Origin: Minisyncoccota bacterium
Lineage (GTDB): Bacteria > Patescibacteriota > Minisyncoccia > Phycocordibacterales > UBA9973
DNA length: 33,224 bases
Reading direction: 5' to 3'
NCBI GenBank assembly: GCA_040900015.1
Contig: JBBDZS010000023.1
Location: 25,023 to 58,246, forward strand
The notes beneath the pieces were generated by a model, which saw nothing but the letters and a program-made list of their open reading frames with translations, was not told the DNA's origin and ran no database searches. Of the stretch, positions 29,085 through 33,224 are shown one piece after another (positions within the stretch are counted from its first letter, which is position 1; every line of letters starts with the position of its first letter). Made by a program: the position numbers and the translations under genes.

Positions 29085-29090
29085 GGTTGA
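29061..29090. repeat. 30-nt double-hairpin element, degenerate copy 3, containing the dnaG stop codon
   Basis: TCCGCC-AAA-GGCGGA-TTAGCC-TAG-GGTTGA; first 16 nt identical to copies 1 and 2. Confidence 0.8.
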
Positions 29091-29117
29091 AAAAATTATC
29101 ATAATAATTTAAAATAT

Positions 29118-30374
29118 ATGAAAAAGAAAACAAAAGACAAAAAAAGGAATAAAAAGAAGATTATAAGTAAGTCCCGACGCCCAAAGGGGTCGGGGTCCCG
29201 ACTGAAAACGTCGGGGAAAAAATCAATCAAAAAGGTTGTAAAAAAGAAGGTTGCCCCGAAGAAAAAAATTAAAAAAGAAAAAGCCAAAAAGATTTCTACA
29301 AACCAAAAAAGAGCTGAGGCTCTAGCAATGACCTCTGATACTCTGATCGAGAAGGGTCGTAAGCGGGGATTTATAACTTATGACGAGATACTGAAGACTT
29401 TTCCTGACATCGAGAATAACATCCTTTTCTTAGATGAGCTTTACGAGAAGTTCGCGATTGCCGGCATCGATGTACTCGAAGGTGGCAATTTGCTTAACCT
29501 AGATACCGAGCTTTCAGACAAGGATCTTAATAAATCTATAATCAATGACTCCATCCAGATGTACCTCAAGGAGATAGGGCAGTACCCCCTCATTCACGCA
29601 AGCGAGGAGAAGGATTTGGCCAAGCGCATCGAAGCAGGCGACCTGGAAGCCAAGAATTTACTGGCCCGTGCCAACCTCCGCCTCGTAGTATCTATTGCCA
29701 AGAAATATGTAGGACGCAGTGCTAATCTGACGCTACTCGATCTAATTCAGGAGGGCAACCTGGGTCTCTTTAAGGCTGTAGAGAAATTCGATTGGACTAA
29801 AGGTTATAAGTTTTCAACTTATGCTACTTGGTGGATCAGGCAGTCTATTACTAGGGCTCTGGCGGATCAGTCGAGGACTATTCGTATTCCAGTGCACATG
29901 GTGGAAACTATTTCCAAATACAAGCAGACTCATCGTAGACTTTCTCAAGACCTAGGCCGCGAGCCTTTGGCTGAAGAGATTGCGACCGAAATGGGAATTC
30001 CCGTAGAGAAAATACATGTGATAGAAAATATTTCTCAAGAAACAGTTTCCTTAGAACAGCCAGTAGGTGACGATGACGACAAGTCGACCCTTGAGAATTT
30101 CATTCCAGACGACAAGATACTCCGCCCCGATCAGGAGTCTTCCCGTCGCATTCTCTCTGATCAGATTCGCGAGGTACTCGATGAGTTGAATCCAAAAGAA
30201 AGAAAGATACTCGAGATGCGTTATGGTCTGCTCGATGGTATTCAACACACCCTGGAGCGAGTAGGGGAAGAATTCGGAGTCACTCGTGAACGCATCCGTC
30301 AGATCGAAGCGAAAGTACACGAAAAGCTCCGCCAGCACGAAAAAATTTCGAGACTCAAGAATTACTTTGATTAA
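29118..30374 (+). CDS. rpoD: Primary sigma factor RpoD/SigA with Lys-rich N-terminal extension
   Basis: Region 1.1-like [56 protein letters not shown] and TRERIRQIE. Confidence 0.96.
   Translation: MKKKTKDKKRNKKKIISKSRRPKGSGSRLKTSGKKSIKKVVKKKVAPKKKIKKEKAKKISTNQKRAEALAMTSDTLIEKGRKRGFITYDEILKTFPDIENNILFLDELYEKFAIAGIDVLEGGNLLNLDTELSDKDLNKSIINDSIQMYLKEIGQYPLIHASEEKDLAKRIEAGDLEAKNLLARANLRLVVSIAKKYVGRSANLTLLDLIQEGNLGLFKAVEKFDWTKGYKFSTYATWWIRQSITRALADQSRTIRIPVHMVETISKYKQTHRRLSQDLGREPLAEEIATEMGIPVEKIHVIENISQETVSLEQPVGDDDDKSTLENFIPDDKILRPDQESSRRILSDQIREVLDELNPKERKILEMRYGLLDGIQHTLERVGEEFGVTRERIRQIEAKVHEKLRQHEKISRLKNYFD
29172..29216. repeat. 45-nt double-hairpin element in the rpoD 5' region (in frame, [15 protein letters not shown])
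   Basis: TCCCGAC-GCCCAAAGGG-GTCGGGG-TCCCGAC-TGAAAAC-GTCGGGG. Confidence 0.8.
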
Positions 30375-30378
30375 ATTC

Positions 30379-31047
30379 CTATCTTATTTCCTTCAGTCTC
30401 TCGTTTACAATATTTAACGGTTGGGCACCAGGAATAGTATCCACTACTTTACCGTCAACTACGATGAAGGAGGAAGGAGTGCCGCTTACTCCGGCGAGAT
30501 TACCACCATCGATATCCGCTTGGATTTTTGCCGCATATTTACCGGAAGATAAACAGGTGTTAAATGTATTTACATTGAGACCTAAAGACTGCGCCAGATT
30601 AGGCAACTCGGATAGAGAATAAGTTTCCTCAAATAATTTATCTGTGTAGGCCCAGAAAGCGTCATTGCCTCCTTGTTCCCAAGCACACTCAGTGGCTTCC
30701 GCTTTCTTAAAAGCATCAGGATGAAGAGCAGGAATGGGGTAGTGTCGATAGACCCAAGCTACATTCTGGTTGCTTGCTACTACTTGTTGCATCGTCTGGT
30801 GGAAAACTTTACAGTAAGGACAATCTAGATCTGAATACTCGACTATTATTATTTTTGCATTGGGATTGCCCACTATGTGGTCATCCTTGTTTATCGGGCT
30901 CATTTCCACAGATATATTCCCGTTATTGTTCGCATCTGAGGGTTCTCCTGACGGCGGCTGGCTGTCTTTAAGTAAGATTGCTCCCGATATCATTACTCCA
31001 GCTATCAATAATGCCGCGGCTATCTGATTTTGGTTGTTATTTTGCAT
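30379..31047 (-). CDS. DsbA-family thiol-disulfide oxidoreductase, membrane anchored
   Basis: N-terminal TM, GNPNA.IIIVEYSDLDCPYC, YRHYP, GVSGTPS and GAQP. Confidence 0.9.
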   Translation of the reverse strand: MQNNNQNQIAAALLIAGVMISGAILLKDSQPPSGEPSDANNNGNISVEMSPINKDDHIVGNPNAKIIIVEYSDLDCPYCKVFHQTMQQVVASNQNVAWVYRHYPIPALHPDAFKKAEATECAWEQGGNDAFWAYTDKLFEETYSLSELPNLAQSLGLNVNTFNTCLSSGKYAAKIQADIDGGNLAGVSGTPSSFIVVDGKVVDTIPGAQPLNIVNERLKEIR

Positions 31048-31174
31048 GCTAAATTTATTTACGGTTAATGTTGCAATTATAGCACTTTTCGTCTTCCTGT
31101 CATATTTATGGCTAGGAATAAAATAAGGTTATATTTTACTTTTTTGAACATAAATGCTATAGTATTAAGAAGCT

Positions 31175-32419
31175 ATGGTCTCAATTTCCAGCTTAACTTT
31201 ATATGTGCTGATTTTTCTATCTGTCTATGTGCAGGTGTTTTTTCTGATTACCTTACTTGAGAACCGCAAGAAAATAATTATCAGAAAGAACCAGATAAAG
31301 CTCGCAAAATATCCTGGCGTGACCATAATAGTGCCTTGTTGGAATGAGGAGAAGACTGTATATAAGACAGTCCGCTCTCTGTTTAATCTGAATTATCCCA
31401 AGAACAAGCTTCATATATTTTTGATCGATGACGGATCGACTGACAACACCTACGGGGTTATTTCTTCTTTTGCAAAGTTTCCCAATGTGAGAGTTTTTAA
31501 GAAAGAAAACGGAGGCAAGCACACTGCCCTTAACTTGGGGCTCGCCAGCGTAGAAACCGAATTTCTGGGATGTTTGGATGCAGACTCATTTGCCCATCCA
31601 GAATCTTTGGTGCGCATAATGAGCTATTTCGAAAACGACCCGAGGGCTATGGCAGTAGTGCCTTCTGTAAATGTTTTTGGGGCCAAGAATATTATCCAGA
31701 AAGCGCAAAAAGCCGAATATCATATGGGCGTATTTATGAAAAAGATGCTGGATTTTCTTGGTGCCATAAACGTCACTCCGGGCCCCCTTACTATTTTTCG
31801 TAAAAAGGTTTTTACAGACTTAGGACCATACCGGCATGCCCACAACACAGAGGATATGGAAATTGCCTATCGCATGCAAGAGCATGATTATAAGATAGTC
31901 CACTGTAATGACGCCTATGTGTTCACCGGCTCTCCAGGAACGATTCCAAAGCTCTACAAACAGAGGCTTCGTTGGATATACGGATTCATAAATAATACCC
32001 TGGACTATCGTCATATTTGGCTGAAAAAAAAATACGGCAATTTCGCTCTTTTCACTTTACCTACTGGAATAGTTTCCATATTGGCCGTGGGGTATGTATT
32101 CACTAAGATGGTTTACGAAATAGGCGGTTTTCTTTATGATAAATTTATTCAGATTCAAACAGTGGGATTTGACTTAAATAACAGCGCTTCCTCGTTTGAT
32201 CCTTTTTATATAGAAACAAATATGTCTCTATTTCTGGTTATGATAATTTATGGAAGCGTCATGTTGGCAATATTGATCGGTGGTAAAATGTCAGAAGGTA
32301 AATTCAAATTTTCTTTGGATATGATTTATTTCTTGGTTTTGTTTCGACTGATAGCTCCATTTTGGATAATGAAGGCTGTATATAAGACAGTGGTGGGCAG
32401 GGCTCCGGATTGGAGATAA
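31175..32419 (+). CDS. Processive GT2 glycosyltransferase (PgaC/IcaA/HasA-like)
   Basis: N-terminal TM, VPCWNEE, DDGSTD, GK..ALN, DADS, TED, QRLRW and C-terminal TMs. Confidence 0.88.
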   Translation: MVSISSLTLYVLIFLSVYVQVFFLITLLENRKKIIIRKNQIKLAKYPGVTIIVPCWNEEKTVYKTVRSLFNLNYPKNKLHIFLIDDGSTDNTYGVISSFAKFPNVRVFKKENGGKHTALNLGLASVETEFLGCLDADSFAHPESLVRIMSYFENDPRAMAVVPSVNVFGAKNIIQKAQKAEYHMGVFMKKMLDFLGAINVTPGPLTIFRKKVFTDLGPYRHAHNTEDMEIAYRMQEHDYKIVHCNDAYVFTGSPGTIPKLYKQRLRWIYGFINNTLDYRHIWLKKKYGNFALFTLPTGIVSILAVGYVFTKMVYEIGGFLYDKFIQIQTVGFDLNNSASSFDPFYIETNMSLFLVMIIYGSVMLAILIGGKMSEGKFKFSLDMIYFLVLFRLIAPFWIMKAVYKTVVGRAPDWR

Positions 32420-32422
32420 GCT

Positions 32423-33112
32423 ATGGAAAACAGAGTAGATTGGAAAAAATATTTGCTGGTTCTGCTTATCACAGTAGGGTTATTTTTTACCGCAAGTTAC
32501 ATAAGTAATTATTTTGGAAACAAGAAAATAAACGAGCTTAAGTCTATTCAGGACAAGATATCTCTAGATATACTTTCCTCCGAAACACAATTTTCCCTTC
32601 TTTCAGAACTCTCTTGCAAGAATATTTCGGACTCAGTATTCTCTGACGAGCTCAGTGAGCTCGGGGGTAAATTAGAATGGGGGCAAGAGAATTTGGGTGC
32701 CAACAGTGATGAGGTTACTTACTTGAAGAAGTATTACTCGCTTCTTCAGATCAAGGACTATCTCTTGGCTAAGAGAATTGCCGAGCGTTGCAAAATCAAA
32801 TCTGCATTTATATTATATTTCTATACGACTGCTCAGAACTGTAGTGAATGTGAACGCCAAAGCTTGGTATTAAGTGCGCTTCGGAATAAATATCCAGAAC
32901 TTCGGGTGTATTCTTTTGATTATTCGACTGATCTCTCCGCGGTAGAATCTATGCTTAGTATATATAAGATTGAGGACACCAAACTCCCAGCGCTTGTCAT
33001 CGACGGAGATGTGCTTACCGGTTTTCGGGGAGTAGAGGAACTTGATATTAAAATACAGAAATCATTCGACCTACAAGCACCCCAACAGAAAGATGTTGAA
33101 GCATTGGAGTAA
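32423..33112 (+). CDS. Membrane-anchored hypothetical protein with C-terminal thioredoxin-like CxxC domain
   Basis: N-terminal TM; YFYTTAQNCSEC, VYSFD and LPALVIDG..L.GF. Confidence 0.65.
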   Translation: MENRVDWKKYLLVLLITVGLFFTASYISNYFGNKKINELKSIQDKISLDILSSETQFSLLSELSCKNISDSVFSDELSELGGKLEWGQENLGANSDEVTYLKKYYSLLQIKDYLLAKRIAERCKIKSAFILYFYTTAQNCSECERQSLVLSALRNKYPELRVYSFDYSTDLSAVESMLSIYKIEDTKLPALVIDGDVLTGFRGVEELDIKIQKSFDLQAPQQKDVEALE

Positions 33113-33224
33113 AAATAGCTAAAAATAACCTTTAGGTATAATAACTGAGTGTCTTTTAAAATCAGCTAGAACCCATTTTCAGAACAATTAATAATCTTAC
33201 GCTCGACGTTTTTCTTAATTTTAA

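Noticed and set aside
921-32014. Many short antisense or alternate-frame ORFs in the track (e.g. 6252-6611, 18814-19233, 26426-26890)
   Set aside because: They fully overlap well-supported genes and show no motifs or expression signals; treated as shadow ORFs.
33137-33224. TATAAT followed by a GTG-started ORF at the window end
   Set aside because: The ORF closes after 6 codons; probably the promoter or leader of a gene outside the window.

Overview
Gene-dense, mostly housekeeping bacterial window read with standard code 11. By inference from compact genes, SD-poor starts and protein style it is a Patescibacteria/CPR (Parcubacteria-like) genome. Gene order: 3' end of an FPQTG sortase-type surface protein, truB, UvrD helicase-nuclease, trhO, single-chain pheS, gyrB, yjjX, TrpR/YerC-like HTH, thrS, rpmF, nusB-Nudix, rnc, short smc, capA-like, rnr, rpsP, khpA, trmD, an orphan, rpoB, rpoC, dnaG, rpoD, dsbA, a GT2 glycosyltransferase and a thioredoxin-like membrane protein. 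I found no rRNA, tRNA, CRISPR array or transposase by eye. The most unusual signal is at DNA level. (i) Several families of 18-45 nt palindromic or double-hairpin elements sit in frame inside core genes: an identical 30-mer encoding SAKGGSASGG in the helicase and GyrB, a degenerate third copy supplying the dnaG stop, and others in truB, rpoC and rpoD. (ii) An AT-rich TrpR-like gene is bracketed on both sides by the same 24-bp palindrome. Protein-level oddities are a hinge-less 705-aa Smc with a central CxxC zinc hook, a mitochondrial-type monomeric PheRS, and NusB fused to a degenerate Nudix domain. About ten genes show leaderless-type promoters. All calls are from motif recognition by eye; no searches were run.
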